The notes beneath the pieces were generated by a model. The model was not told the DNA's origin. It worked only from the letters and a program-made list of their open reading frames with translations, and did not search any database. A DNA stretch of 38,716 bases from Rhodobacterales bacterium 32-66-7 (GTDB lineage Bacteria > Pseudomonadota > Alphaproteobacteria > Rhodobacterales > Rhodobacteraceae): contig NCDS01000029.1 in NCBI GenBank assembly GCA_002280315.1, positions 1 through 38,716 on the forward strand, written 5' to 3'. Below, piece after piece: positions 30,011-38,716 of the stretch. Both the position numbers and the translations under genes were made by a program. Within the stretch, counting starts at the first letter, position 1. Every line of letters begins with the position of its first letter.

Positions 30011-31174
30011 ATGCCCGTCATCACCTGCATCGAGGATCTGAAGCGGCTGCACCAGAAGCGGACGCCGAAGATGTTCTGGGACTATTGCGAAAGCGGCAGC
30101 TATACCGAACAGACGTTCCGGGAAAACTCCTCCGATTTCGGCAAGATAAGGTTCCGCCAGCGGGTGGCGCGCGATCTGTCCGGGCGGGTTCTGTCCAGCA
30201 CGATGGCGGGCCAGCCGGTGGCGATGCCGGTGGCCCTCGCCCCGGTCGGCAGCACCGGCATGCAGCACCCGGACGGCGAGATCCATGCCGCCCGCGCCGC
30301 CGCACGGTTCGGGGTGCCGTTTACACTCTCTACCATGTCGATCTGTTCGATCGAGGATGTCGCGGCGGCGAGCCCGGAGCCGTTCTGGTTCCAGCTTTAC
30401 GTGATGCGGGATGAGGATTTCGTCGATGCGGTGATCGAACGCGCCCGGGCGGCGAAATGCTCGGCCCTGGTGCTGACGCTGGATCTGCAGATCCTGGGGC
30501 AGCGGCACAAGGACCTGAAGAACGGCCTGACGAGCCCGCCGAAACCGACGATCCCGAACCTGATCAACATCGCGACCAAGCCGCGCTGGGCCTGGAACAT
30601 GGCCCGCACCCCGCGGCGGCAGTTCCGCAATATCGTCGGCCATGTGAAGGGGGTGCAGAAGCTGTCCGACCTGACCGCCTGGGCCAACGAGCAGTTCGAC
30701 GACAAGCTCGACTGGGCCAAGGTCGCGCGCATCCGCGACCGGTGGCAGGGCAAGTTCATCCTCAAGGGCATCCTTGACGCTGACGACGCCCGGATGGCCG
30801 CCGATGCCGGGGCGGATGCGGTCATCGTGTCGAACCACGGCGGGCGGCAGTTGGATGGTGCGCTCAGTTCGATCCGGATGCTGCCCGCCATCGTCAAGGC
30901 GATCGGCGACCGGACCGAGGTCTGGATGGATGGTGGCATCCGCTCGGGTCAGGACGTGCTGAAGGCGCTGGCGATGGGGGCCAAGGGTACGATGATCGGC
31001 CGCGCCTATATCCATGGCCTTGGTGCGATGGGCGAGGCGGGGGTGACCGCAGCCCTGGAGGTGATCCGCAAGGAGATGGACATCACCATGGCCCTTTGCG
31101 GTGAGCGGGACGTGAAGAACATGGGTCGCCACAACCTTCTGGTGCCCGAGGATTTCGAGGGCCGCTGGGTTTGA
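30011..31174 (+). CDS. lldD: FMN-dependent alpha-hydroxy acid dehydrogenase (L-lactate dehydrogenase-like)
   Basis: MPVITCIEDL, WFQLYV, SNHGGRQLDG, DGGIRSGQD. Confidence 0.88.
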   Translation: MPVITCIEDLKRLHQKRTPKMFWDYCESGSYTEQTFRENSSDFGKIRFRQRVARDLSGRVLSSTMAGQPVAMPVALAPVGSTGMQHPDGEIHAARAAARFGVPFTLSTMSICSIEDVAAASPEPFWFQLYVMRDEDFVDAVIERARAAKCSALVLTLDLQILGQRHKDLKNGLTSPPKPTIPNLINIATKPRWAWNMARTPRRQFRNIVGHVKGVQKLSDLTAWANEQFDDKLDWAKVARIRDRWQGKFILKGILDADDARMAADAGADAVIVSNHGGRQLDGALSSIRMLPAIVKAIGDRTEVWMDGGIRSGQDVLKALAMGAKGTMIGRAYIHGLGAMGEAGVTAALEVIRKEMDITMALCGERDVKNMGRHNLLVPEDFEGRWV

Positions 31175-31182
31175 TCCAGACC

Positions 31183-31302
31183 GCTCGTCGATGACTGCGT
31201 CACTCCTCGCTGCTTCGGGCGCCCGCCCGTGGATGACTTCGTCACTCCTCGCTCCCCCCTCGCTGGACCCTCGCGAGGAGAAGTCGAAGACGCACGACGA
31301 GC
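31183..31302. repeat. Structured intergenic element with an internal 22-bp direct repeat (REP-like or ncRNA)
   Basis: GATGACT[G/T]CGTCACTCCTCGCT at 31190 and 31232. Complementary pairs: GCTCGTCG/CGACGAGC, TGCGTC/GACGCA, CTCCTCGC/GCGAGGAG, GACTTC/GAAGTC. Confidence 0.65.
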
Positions 31303-31308
31303 CGCCGC

Positions 31309-31327
31309 TTGCGTTTTGATCAAATCC
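31309..31327 (+). promoter_or_regulatory. Candidate operator/promoter TTGCGTTTTGATCAAATCC
   Basis: Contains the TTTGATCAAA palindrome; matches 352-370; lies 35 nt before the aminotransferase ATG. Confidence 0.45.
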
Positions 31328-31362
31328 CGGGACATAAGCGCTGACCACCCTTGAGGCCTGCC

Positions 31363-32687
31363 ATGTCCGCCGAAACCATCGCCGGTATCCCGACCGACCG
31401 CCTGAAAGCCTTCGCCGCAAGCGAGGCCGCGCGCTATGCCAAAGCCCGTCCCGCCGCCGCAGAAGCGCTCGCGCAGGGGGCGGGCAGCTATCTGGGCGGC
31501 GTGCCGATGCACTGGATGTCCGACTGGCCGATGCCGCATCTGCCGCTGATCGCCAGGGCATCCGGCGCACGGATCAGGGATATCGACGGCAACACGCTCG
31601 ACGATTTCTGCCTTGGCGACACCGGGTCGATGTTCGGCCACTCCCCCCCGCCGGTGGCCAAGGCGATCCGCGCGCAGGCCCGGCGGGGGTTGACCTACAT
31701 GCTGCCGACCGAGGCCGCGTTGCAGGCCGGGCAGCTTCTGACCGAAAGGTTCGGCGACTTTCGCTGGCAGATCGCCACCACCGCGACCGATGCCAACCGC
31801 TTTGCGCTTCGCGTCGCCCGGGCCATCACCGGGCGGCCCAAGGTCCTCGTGTTCAACGGCTGCTATCACGGCACGGTCGATGATACCTTTGTCACGATCA
31901 AAGACGGTGTCACGGTCAACGCCCCCGGCCTTCTGGGTCAGATCAACGACCTGACCGCCACCGCCGTCTGCTCTGAGTTCAACGATCTTGCCGGGGTCAA
32001 GGCGGCGCTCGCCAAGGGCGATGTCGCAGCCATCCTGACCGAGCCTGCTTGCGGGCGCTGGCCGACGCCCATGGCGCGCTTCTCATCATCGACGAGACGC
32101 ATACCATCTCTTCCGGTCTTGGCGGTTATACCCGCGCCCATCACCTCCGGCCTGATGTCTTCGTGGTCGGCAAATGCGTGGCGGGCGGCATGCCGACGGC
32201 GGTCTGGGGTCTAAGCCCCGCCACCGCCGCCCGGTATATCGAGGTGAATGCCGACCGCCCCTCGGGCCGTTCCGGCATGGGCACCACCTTGTCCGGCAAC
32301 CCGATGCAATTCGCCTGTCTGGTCGCGACCCTGGCCGAAGTGATGACGCCCGAAAACCACGCCCATATGGAGACGCTGGCCAAGCGGCTCGCAACCGGTC
32401 TGACCAGGGCCATCGACCGGCACCGCCTGCCCTGGCATGTCGTGCGGGTCGGCGCGCGGATCGAATTCATCTGCGCGCCCGGACCGCTCCGGAACGGGGC
32501 CGAGGCGGCCCATGCGCATCAGCCGGTGGTTGAGGGTGCGATCCACACCGGGCTGATCAACCGGGGCTCGCTTATCGCGCCGTTTCACAACATGATGCTG
32601 ATCAGCCCGGCGACCCGCAAGGCCCAGGTCGACCGGCTGATCGCCAATTTCGATGCCATCCTGTCCGACCTTTGCAAAGCAGCCTGA
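31363..32687 (+). pseudogene. Class III (GSA-aminomutase-like) aminotransferase with a short deletion/frameshift near 32047
   Basis: GVPMHWMSDW, DFCLGDTGSMFGH, GCYHGTVDD and AILTEP in one frame; LLIIDETHT, VVGKCVAGG and GTTLSGNP in another. Confidence 0.85.
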
Positions 32688-32690
32688 CCC

Positions 32691-33287
32691 ATGACCCTGA
32701 CCAGCCCCTCCGGCTCTACCCCCGCCGAGGCCGAGGCCTTTCTGGAAGCCCATCCCGAGATCGAGGCCTTCGACATCATCCTGCATGACGCGAACGGCAT
32801 TGGCCGGGGCAAGATCATCCGTCGGCATGAACTTCTTGGCTTCTACACCGGCGGGCGGCATCTGCCGATCTCGATCCTGGGCCTCGATATCTGTGGTGAG
32901 GATGTGCATGAGACCGGTCTGATCTGGGATCAGGGCGACGGCGATCTGCGCGCCTGGCCGATCCCGGGGACGCTGGTCGCCCTGCACAACACCCAGCCGC
33001 CCCGGGGTGAGGTGTTCATGTCGATGTATTCGCTGGACGGGGTGGCCATGACCTCGGACCCGCGCCATGCGCTGCAGCGGCAGGTCGACGCCTTTGCCGC
33101 CCAAGGCCTGCACCCCGCCGGGGCGTTCGAGCTGGAGTTCTTCCTTCTTGACCCCGAGCGCGGCCCCGATGGCAAGATGCAGCCCGCGCGCGACGTCCTG
33201 GACCGGCGCAAGTCCTTGAGGACCGAGGTTTATTCGGTCGACCATCTGCATGGGATGCTGCCCCTCTTCAGCGACATCTATGCCGGG
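32691..33287 (+). pseudogene. Glutamine synthetase family (gamma-glutamyl-amine ligase-like), truncated at about aa 199
   Basis: DANGIGRGK, DPRHALQR and AFELEFFL are present; the sequence stops before the expected ISEYAPGQxE and the catalytic C-half. Confidence 0.85.
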
Positions 33288-33392
33288 GTGAGCCTGATCC
33301 GGGGCAATGCGCCGGTGCCGGCGCCGCTGACCAAGCCGAAGGCCGCCGGCAAGATCCACGGCAACGTGCCGGACGACATCTCCGATTTCTGA
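33288..33392 (+). other. 3' end of an unrelated gene fused at an apparent contig junction
   Basis: VSLIRGNAPVPAPLTKPKAAGKIHGNVPDDISDF* is not GS-like; it shows coding-like codon usage; the source gene was not identified. Confidence 0.55.
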
Positions 33393-33408
33393 GTGCGGAC
33401 CACGACCG

Positions 33409-33753
33409 TTAATTGAGCACGCAGAAGCCGCCGATAACGACCTCGTTGCGGCACCAGTCCTTCGCACCGTCATTCACGGTGAGCTTCATCAGGGCGGGCG
33501 CGGGTTCTAATTGCGTCGTAGTCGCTGTCGCGGGTGGGGAGGCGACGCGCGCGGGCGCCGGTTCTCCCGCTCTGGCGGCTCCGGCGGAGACGCCGGGCAC
33601 GACCACGAGGCTTCTGCTCTTGCCACTGGACGGTGAGGTCTCGGCGGAGGACTTGGCGCTGCTCTTTCCGCCGAAGCGCATCTTGGCGGCCTCGGCGCTG
33701 GCCGGCAACAGGAGGGCGGTCGACAGGCAGGCGATCGCGAGCGCGCGCTTCAT
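33409..33753 (-). CDS. Small secreted hypothetical protein
   Basis: Signal peptide (AEA), Ser/Pro-rich linker, C-terminal WCRNEVVIGGFCVLN two-Cys motif. Confidence 0.7.
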   Translation of the reverse strand: MKRALAIACLSTALLLPASAEAAKMRFGGKSSAKSSAETSPSSGKSRSLVVVPGVSAGAARAGEPAPARVASPPATATTTQLEPAPALMKLTVNDGAKDWCRNEVVIGGFCVLN

Positions 33754-33883
33754 CGCTGGCTTCCCAATAGACGATCAGACGTGAGCCAGAATGCCAGTGT
33801 GGCAGGTTCTCGCAACGGAAACCTGGGATCAGCCTGACCGGGAGCTTAATGCAGCGCGGCGGGCGCCGGAGCGCGGGCGGGCG

Positions 33884-34720
33884 TCAGTTCCCCGGCAGCA
33901 CGATCATGGTGGGGCGGGCTGGCAGCGCGGCCTTGCTGACGGTCAGGACCGGCTGGTCGCGCCGTTCGACCGGCCAGCTGTCCTGCGAGCGGGCCAGAAA
34001 GCGGTTGAGCGTGCCGCCGCCGAAGAAATGCATCGGGATCATCACCCGCGCCTGGAGCGACTTCAGCACCTCGAGCATGCCCTCCTGGTCCAGCGTGTAG
34101 CTGCCGTCGACCGGGAAGAGCACGACGTCGACCCGGCCGAGCGCACGCAGATGGCCGGGCTCCAGCGGGTGATGCAGGTGGCCGAGATGGGCGATGCAGA
34201 GCTCGCCGATCTCGAAGACGAAGATCGAGTTGCCGTCGAAATCGGTCGAGCCGGAATAGGAGCGGATGTTGGTCGGCACGTTGCGCACGCGCAGATCGGC
34301 CAGGGTCACGTCATGTCTGGCGGCACCGCGGCCGGTCGGGTCCCAGCCCGGCAGCACCTGCTTGATGCCGGGATCGGGGTTGCGCGAGTAATGCGTGGAG
34401 TGGGCCTTGTTCATCGTGGCGACGTCGGGCGTCACCTGCGGCCGGACATAGTCGTTGTAGTCGGTCGCGACCTTCACCCCGGCGGGCGTCTCGATCAGGA
34501 AGGTGGCGTGGCCGACGAAGGTGATGCGCGCCTCGTCCTTGCCGAGGGCAGCGAGCGTCAGGTTGGCCCGATGGACGGGGAGCCGCAGCGAGGCCATCTC
34601 CGGCCGGCAACCCGGTTCATCGGACTGGGCGCGGGCGGCCGCGGGCAGGAGCAGCACCATGGCGGCCAGCGCGATGAGCCCGTCGCGGATTGCTCTCCAG
34701 GACCTCGTGGTTCCCCGCAT
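33884..34720 (-). CDS. Exported MBL-fold metallo-hydrolase (UlaG/UPF0173-like)
   Basis: ITFVGHATFLIET, MNKAHSTHY, AHLGHLHH, IPMHF; GGAGA RBS before ATG 34720. Confidence 0.85.
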   Translation of the reverse strand: MRGTTRSWRAIRDGLIALAAMVLLLPAAARAQSDEPGCRPEMASLRLPVHRANLTLAALGKDEARITFVGHATFLIETPAGVKVATDYNDYVRPQVTPDVATMNKAHSTHYSRNPDPGIKQVLPGWDPTGRGAARHDVTLADLRVRNVPTNIRSYSGSTDFDGNSIFVFEIGELCIAHLGHLHHPLEPGHLRALGRVDVVLFPVDGSYTLDQEGMLEVLKSLQARVMIPMHFFGGGTLNRFLARSQDSWPVERRDQPVLTVSKAALPARPTMIVLPGN

Positions 34721-34836
34721 CGCCGTTCTCCCGACCTTCGGCCCGACCACTGTGATGCATGGTCCGGGCCGAAGGGAAGCAGGCCGACGCGGCGATGTCG
34801 CGTTTGTGAAAGCGCCGCCGCCGACCGGGGTGGTGC

Positions 34837-35799
34837 CTACTTGGCGAGGCCGAGATCCTTGAGGACGCCGACGCCGCGCTCGGTGAAGGTCTTGGCGTAG
34901 ACGGCGAACTCGCCGGGCTTGTCCCAGACCGGCGTGATGCCGCGATCGGCCATCGCCTTGCGGACCTCGGGGCGCTGCATGGTGCGCTCGGCCGCCTCGA
35001 ACAGGATCTTGCGACGGTCGGCGGGGATGCCCTTGGGCGCCGCCAGCGCGAACCAGTTCTGGTAGGTCCAGCTCAGCCCGGCCTCCTTGGCGCTCGGCAC
35101 GTCCGGGAAGTTCGGGTGGCGCTCCTCGGTCATGAGCAGGATGGTGCGCACGCGGCCGGCGTCGAGCATCGCCTTGGCTTCGATCGGCGAGCCGGTGAAG
35201 ACGCTGATGCCGCCGGAAGCGAGGTCCTGCAGGGCCGGCGCGCCGCCGTTGCTCGGCACCCAGCGCACGGCGTCGGGCGCGATTCCCGCCGCCTTGAGCA
35301 GGCCGCCGGAGGCGATGTGCCAGGAGCCGCCGACGCCCGTGCCCGAGGCCATGAAGGTGCCCTTGGGGTTGTCCTTGACCGCCTTGATGTAGTCGGCCGC
35401 GGTCTTGATCGGGCTGTCGGCCTTGACCGTCACGCCGGCCGGGATGAGCGAGACGCGCGAGAAGGAATCGACGCTGTCGATGGTGATGTCGCCGAGCCCG
35501 AGCGTCTTGAAGAAGGAGATCTCGGGGCTGATGCCGCCGACGGTGTAGCCATCGGCCGTGGCGGTGGCGATCGCGGTGTGGCCGGTCAGGCCGCCGCCGC
35601 CGGTGCGGTTGACGACATTGACCGGCTGCTTCAGCTCGGCCTCGTAGCCTGCGGCGAAGATGCGCATGACGGCGTCCATGCCGCCACCGGCGGCCCAGGG
35701 CACGATGAGCTGGATCGGACGGTCCGGGAAAGCCCAGGTCGGGCCGACGGACACGAGCAGGGCCGCCGCGCCGAGCGCAGCCTTGACGATGATCTTCAT
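34837..35799 (-). CDS. Tripartite tricarboxylate transporter substrate-binding protein (TctC/Bug)
   Basis: FPDRPIQLIVPWAAGGGMD, VVNRTGGGG, PDVPSAKEAG, APKGIP. Confidence 0.92.
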   Translation of the reverse strand: MKIIVKAALGAAALLVSVGPTWAFPDRPIQLIVPWAAGGGMDAVMRIFAAGYEAELKQPVNVVNRTGGGGLTGHTAIATATADGYTVGGISPEISFFKTLGLGDITIDSVDSFSRVSLIPAGVTVKADSPIKTAADYIKAVKDNPKGTFMASGTGVGGSWHIASGGLLKAAGIAPDAVRWVPSNGGAPALQDLASGGISVFTGSPIEAKAMLDAGRVRTILLMTEERHPNFPDVPSAKEAGLSWTYQNWFALAAPKGIPADRRKILFEAAERTMQRPEVRKAMADRGITPVWDKPGEFAVYAKTFTERGVGVLKDLGLAK

Positions 35800-35944
35800 G
35801 TTCCCTCCCCAGGGATCGGCCGCCGGATTGGTCCGGCTGGTCCTGCGGAGAGCTTAGACTGCATCTCGGCCGGCGATCAAGATATGCTGCATACAGTGTT
35901 CGGTGTTCAGGTGGCGATCACCCTCGGATCGCTCCCCGGGACGG

Positions 35945-36499
35945 TCAGGGGTTTCCCGGCGTCACCGTCTTCACCGTGACCTGTGCCTCCGCCAGGCGTC
36001 GGTAGAGCCGCTGGCGCCGCAGCAGCGGGAGCCAGTCGTAGAGAAACATCTCGGCCGGTCGCCAGATCACCACCCAGCCGATGATGACGAGGCTCTCCTG
36101 CACGATGCGGGCGAAGGGGCCGTCGAAGGCCCTGGTCAGCGCGAAGCTGATGGCGAGGCAGCAAGCGAGTCCGGCAAAGCCGATCAGGAAGGCGCGTCGC
36201 CCGTCGCGGAAATGCTCGCGCAGGGCATGGCCCTCGGACCGGGCCTTGGCGGCAAACCAGCCCGTCAGAGCGGTCGCGAGGTCGGGGCCGGACGGGCCCG
36301 CGGTCTCCGCTGCCGGCAGGTGGATGGTGATGGCGATGGGGGCGTCCTTCGGCAGCTCCTGCGCCCATTCGACGATGTAGCGCTCGGCCTCGGCCGAGAT
36401 GTCGCCCTCGCTGAAGGGGAAGGGATCGAGCGTGTTGAAGAGCTGGGCGCCGTTGGCGAGGCGCAGCTCGATGGTGGCGTCGCCCGGGTTTCGCGTCAT
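35945..36499 (-). CDS. Conserved hypothetical two-TM membrane protein
   Basis: [42 protein letters not shown]; GAGG RBS. Confidence 0.8.
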   Translation of the reverse strand: MTRNPGDATIELRLANGAQLFNTLDPFPFSEGDISAEAERYIVEWAQELPKDAPIAITIHLPAAETAGPSGPDLATALTGWFAAKARSEGHALREHFRDGRRAFLIGFAGLACCLAISFALTRAFDGPFARIVQESLVIIGWVVIWRPAEMFLYDWLPLLRRQRLYRRLAEAQVTVKTVTPGNP

Positions 36500-36673
36500 G
36501 TCCGATCAGCCTCGCCCGTATGTCCGAGGGAGCATTATCCAGCGGAGGCGCGATGGCGCAATCGCGGCGCGTGGCACGGCATGCCGGTTGCGGCTGGCGG
36601 CGTGGCTCGCTACATACGCGCCAGATTCCCCGACCCCTGCGACCCTCAGTCCGCCAGCGGAGCCCGCACGCCC

Positions 36674-38326
36674 ATGTCCCGTCAGTTCATCTACCATATG
36701 CGCGGCCTGTCGAAGACCTATCCGGGCGGCAAGCAGGTTCTCAAGGACATCCACCTGTCCTTCTATCCGGACGCCAAGATCGGCGTGCTCGGCGTCAACG
36801 GCGCGGGCAAGTCGACGCTGCTCAAGATCATGGCCGGCTTTGACAAGGAGTGGACCGGCGAGGCCTGGGTCGCCGAGGGCGCGCGCGTCGGCTACCTGCC
36901 GCAGGAGCCCAAGCTCGACGAGACGCTGAACGTCCGCGACAACGTCATGCTCGGCGTGGCGCCGCAGAAGGCCGTGCTCGACCGCTACAACGAGCTCGCC
37001 ATGAACTATTCCGACGAGACCGCCGACGAGATGACGGCGCTGCAGGACGAGATCGAGGCCAAGGGGCTGTGGGATCTCGATTCCAAGGTCGACCAGGCGA
37101 TGGACGCGCTGCGCTGCCCGCCCGACGACTGGGAGGTCGCCAAGCTCTCGGGCGGCGAGCGCCGCCGCGTCGCGCTCTGCAAGCTGCTGCTGGAGCAGCC
37201 GGAGCTGCTGCTGCTCGACGAGCCGACCAACCATCTGGACGCCGAGACCACCGCCTGGCTCGAAGGCCACTTACGGACCTATCCGGGCGCGATCCTGATC
37301 GTGACCCACGATCGCTACTTCCTCGACAACGTCACCAGTTGGATCCTCGAGCTCGATCGCGGCCAGGGCATTCCCTATGAGGGCAACTACTCGGCCTGGT
37401 CGGTGCAGAAGCAGAAGCGCCTCGCCCAGGAGAACCGCGAGGACGTCTCCCGCCAGAAGACGCTGGAACGCGAGCAGGAGTGGATCTCGGCCTCGCCCAA
37501 GGCGCGTCAGGCCAAGAGCAAGGCGCGTATCCAGCGCTATGACGAACTCGTCCAGAAGGCCAACAACAAGGGCCCCGACACGGCCCAGATCATCATCCCG
37601 ATCGCCGAGCGACTGGGCAACAACGTCGTCGACTTCGAGAACATCTCGAAGGGCTTCCAGGACAAGCTGTTGATCGACGGGCTGACCTTCAAGCTGCCGC
37701 CGGGCGGCATCGTCGGCGTGATCGGCCCCAACGGTGCCGGCAAGACCACGCTGTTCCGGATGATCACGGGGCAGGACAAGCCCGATGCCGGCACGATCAG
37801 GATCGGCGAGAGCGTCACGCTCGGCTATGTCGACCAGAGCCGCGACTCGCTCGACGACAAGAAGAACGTTTGGGAGGAGATCTCGGGCGGCAACGACATC
37901 CTCTATCTCGGCAAGCGCGAGATCAACTCGCGTGCCTACTGCTCGACCTTCAACTTCAAGGGCGGCGACCAGCAGAAGAAGGTCGGCTCGCTCTCGGGCG
38001 GCGAGCGCAACCGCGTCCATCTCGCCAAGATGCTGAAGGCCGGCTCCAACGTCCTCCTGCTCGACGAACCGACCAACGACCTCGACGTCGACACGCTGCG
38101 GGCGCTGGAGGAGGCGCTTGAGGATTACGCCGGCTGCGCCGTGATCATCAGCCATGATCGCTGGTTCCTCGACCGCATCGCGACCCATATCCTCGCCTTC
38201 GAGGGCGACAGCCATGTCGAGTGGTTCGAGGGCAATTTCGCCGATTACGAGGAAGACAAGAAGCGCCGCCTGGGCATCGACTCCACGATCCCCAAGCGCA
38301 TCCAGTACAAGAAGTTTTCGCGCTGA
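36674..38326 (+). CDS. ettA: Energy-dependent translational throttle protein (ABC-F)
   Basis: MSRQFIYHM...[21 protein letters not shown]; two ABC domains; [11 protein letters not shown] linker; YVDQSRD. Confidence 0.96.
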   Translation: MSRQFIYHMRGLSKTYPGGKQVLKDIHLSFYPDAKIGVLGVNGAGKSTLLKIMAGFDKEWTGEAWVAEGARVGYLPQEPKLDETLNVRDNVMLGVAPQKAVLDRYNELAMNYSDETADEMTALQDEIEAKGLWDLDSKVDQAMDALRCPPDDWEVAKLSGGERRRVALCKLLLEQPELLLLDEPTNHLDAETTAWLEGHLRTYPGAILIVTHDRYFLDNVTSWILELDRGQGIPYEGNYSAWSVQKQKRLAQENREDVSRQKTLEREQEWISASPKARQAKSKARIQRYDELVQKANNKGPDTAQIIIPIAERLGNNVVDFENISKGFQDKLLIDGLTFKLPPGGIVGVIGPNGAGKTTLFRMITGQDKPDAGTIRIGESVTLGYVDQSRDSLDDKKNVWEEISGGNDILYLGKREINSRAYCSTFNFKGGDQQKKVGSLSGGERNRVHLAKMLKAGSNVLLLDEPTNDLDVDTLRALEEALEDYAGCAVIISHDRWFLDRIATHILAFEGDSHVEWFEGNFADYEEDKKRRLGIDSTIPKRIQYKKFSR

Positions 38327-38340
38327 GAGGCTTCTGAGAG

Positions 38341-38379
38341 AAAAAGCCCCGCGGCACCGAGCGTGCCGCGGGGCTTTTT
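38341..38379. terminator. Bidirectional Rho-independent terminator
   Basis: AAAAAGCCCCGCGGCAC-CGAGC-GTGCCGCGGGGCTTTTT between convergent genes. Confidence 0.92.
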
Positions 38380-38417
38380 GCTGTCTGGGCCGCAGCATTG
38401 CGGCCGAGACCCGACGC

Positions 38418-38716
38418 CTAGCGCGACAGCGTCGTCCGCAGGGCGCCGATCTGGTCGGTGAGGCTGCGGGCCTCATCGGCGGTCAGCCCCGTCGCCTCGA
38501 GCACGCAGGGCGGGACGCGGCGGGCCTTGTCGAGCAGGGCGCGGCCTTCGTCCGTCAGCCGCAGCCGGACCTGGCGCTCGTCGGCCGGGTCGCGGCTGCG
38601 CGAGACCAGTCCGGCCGCCTCCATCCGCTTCAGCAGCGGCGTCAGCGTGTTCGACTCGAGGAAGAGCTGCTCGCCGATCTCGCCGACGGTGCGGTCGTCG
38701 CGCTCCCAGAGCGTCA
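38418..38716 (-). CDS. MarR family regulator, OhrR-like (3' part; start lies outside the window)
   Basis: [49 protein letters not shown]. Confidence 0.88.
   Translation of the reverse strand, partial: TLWERDDRTVGEIGEQLFLESNTLTPLLKRMEAAGLVSRSRDPADERQVRLRLTDEGRALLDKARRVPPCVLEATGLTADEARSLTDQIGALRTTLSR

Noticed and set aside
31190-31253. Two 22-bp direct repeats with a 20-bp spacer as a mini-CRISPR
   Set aside because: Only two units, a short spacer, no cas genes or AT-rich leader; better explained as part of a folded element.
35887-35896. CTGCATACAG near-palindrome upstream of tctC as a GntR operator
   Set aside because: Too short, single copy, and no regulator nearby to support it.

Overview
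GC-rich alphaproteobacterial DNA that appears to be two joined pieces. About 1-33287 looks Rhodobacteraceae-like. It carries, in order: the pabB 5' end; an amino-acid permease; carB; a small AT-rich islet (two small membrane ORFs plus a toxin-first PIN/RHH toxin-antitoxin pair); a 7-gene MoxR AAA+/DUF58/SpoIIM/RDD/DUF4350/DUF4129-like membrane cluster; an inositol-catabolism cluster (iolC, iolB, aldolase, two Gfo/Idh/MocA dehydrogenases, IolE-like, LacI with a perfect palindromic operator); two tandem paralogous secreted helical proteins of unknown function; a persulfide-dioxygenase-like MBL enzyme; a urease operon that includes a His-rich micro-protein and an McrA-like HNH nuclease; lldD; and a class III aminotransferase followed by a GS-like gene. 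At about 33288 the GS-like gene is cut and the sequence changes to Hyphomicrobiales-like (Bosea-type) DNA: MBL hydrolase, TctC, ettA, OhrR-like. At least five genes have clean internal deletions of roughly 40-200 bp. With the chimeric junction, this points more to assembly/scaffold artefacts than to real pseudogenes. The best candidates for undescribed biology are the MoxR membrane cluster, the paralogous secreted pair, the HNH embedded in the ure operon, palindromic repeats read in frame inside carB and ureF, a structured 120-nt element, and a shared TTGC-N4-TGATCAAAT motif upstream of two amine-catabolism loci. All family calls come from motif recognition, not database searches.
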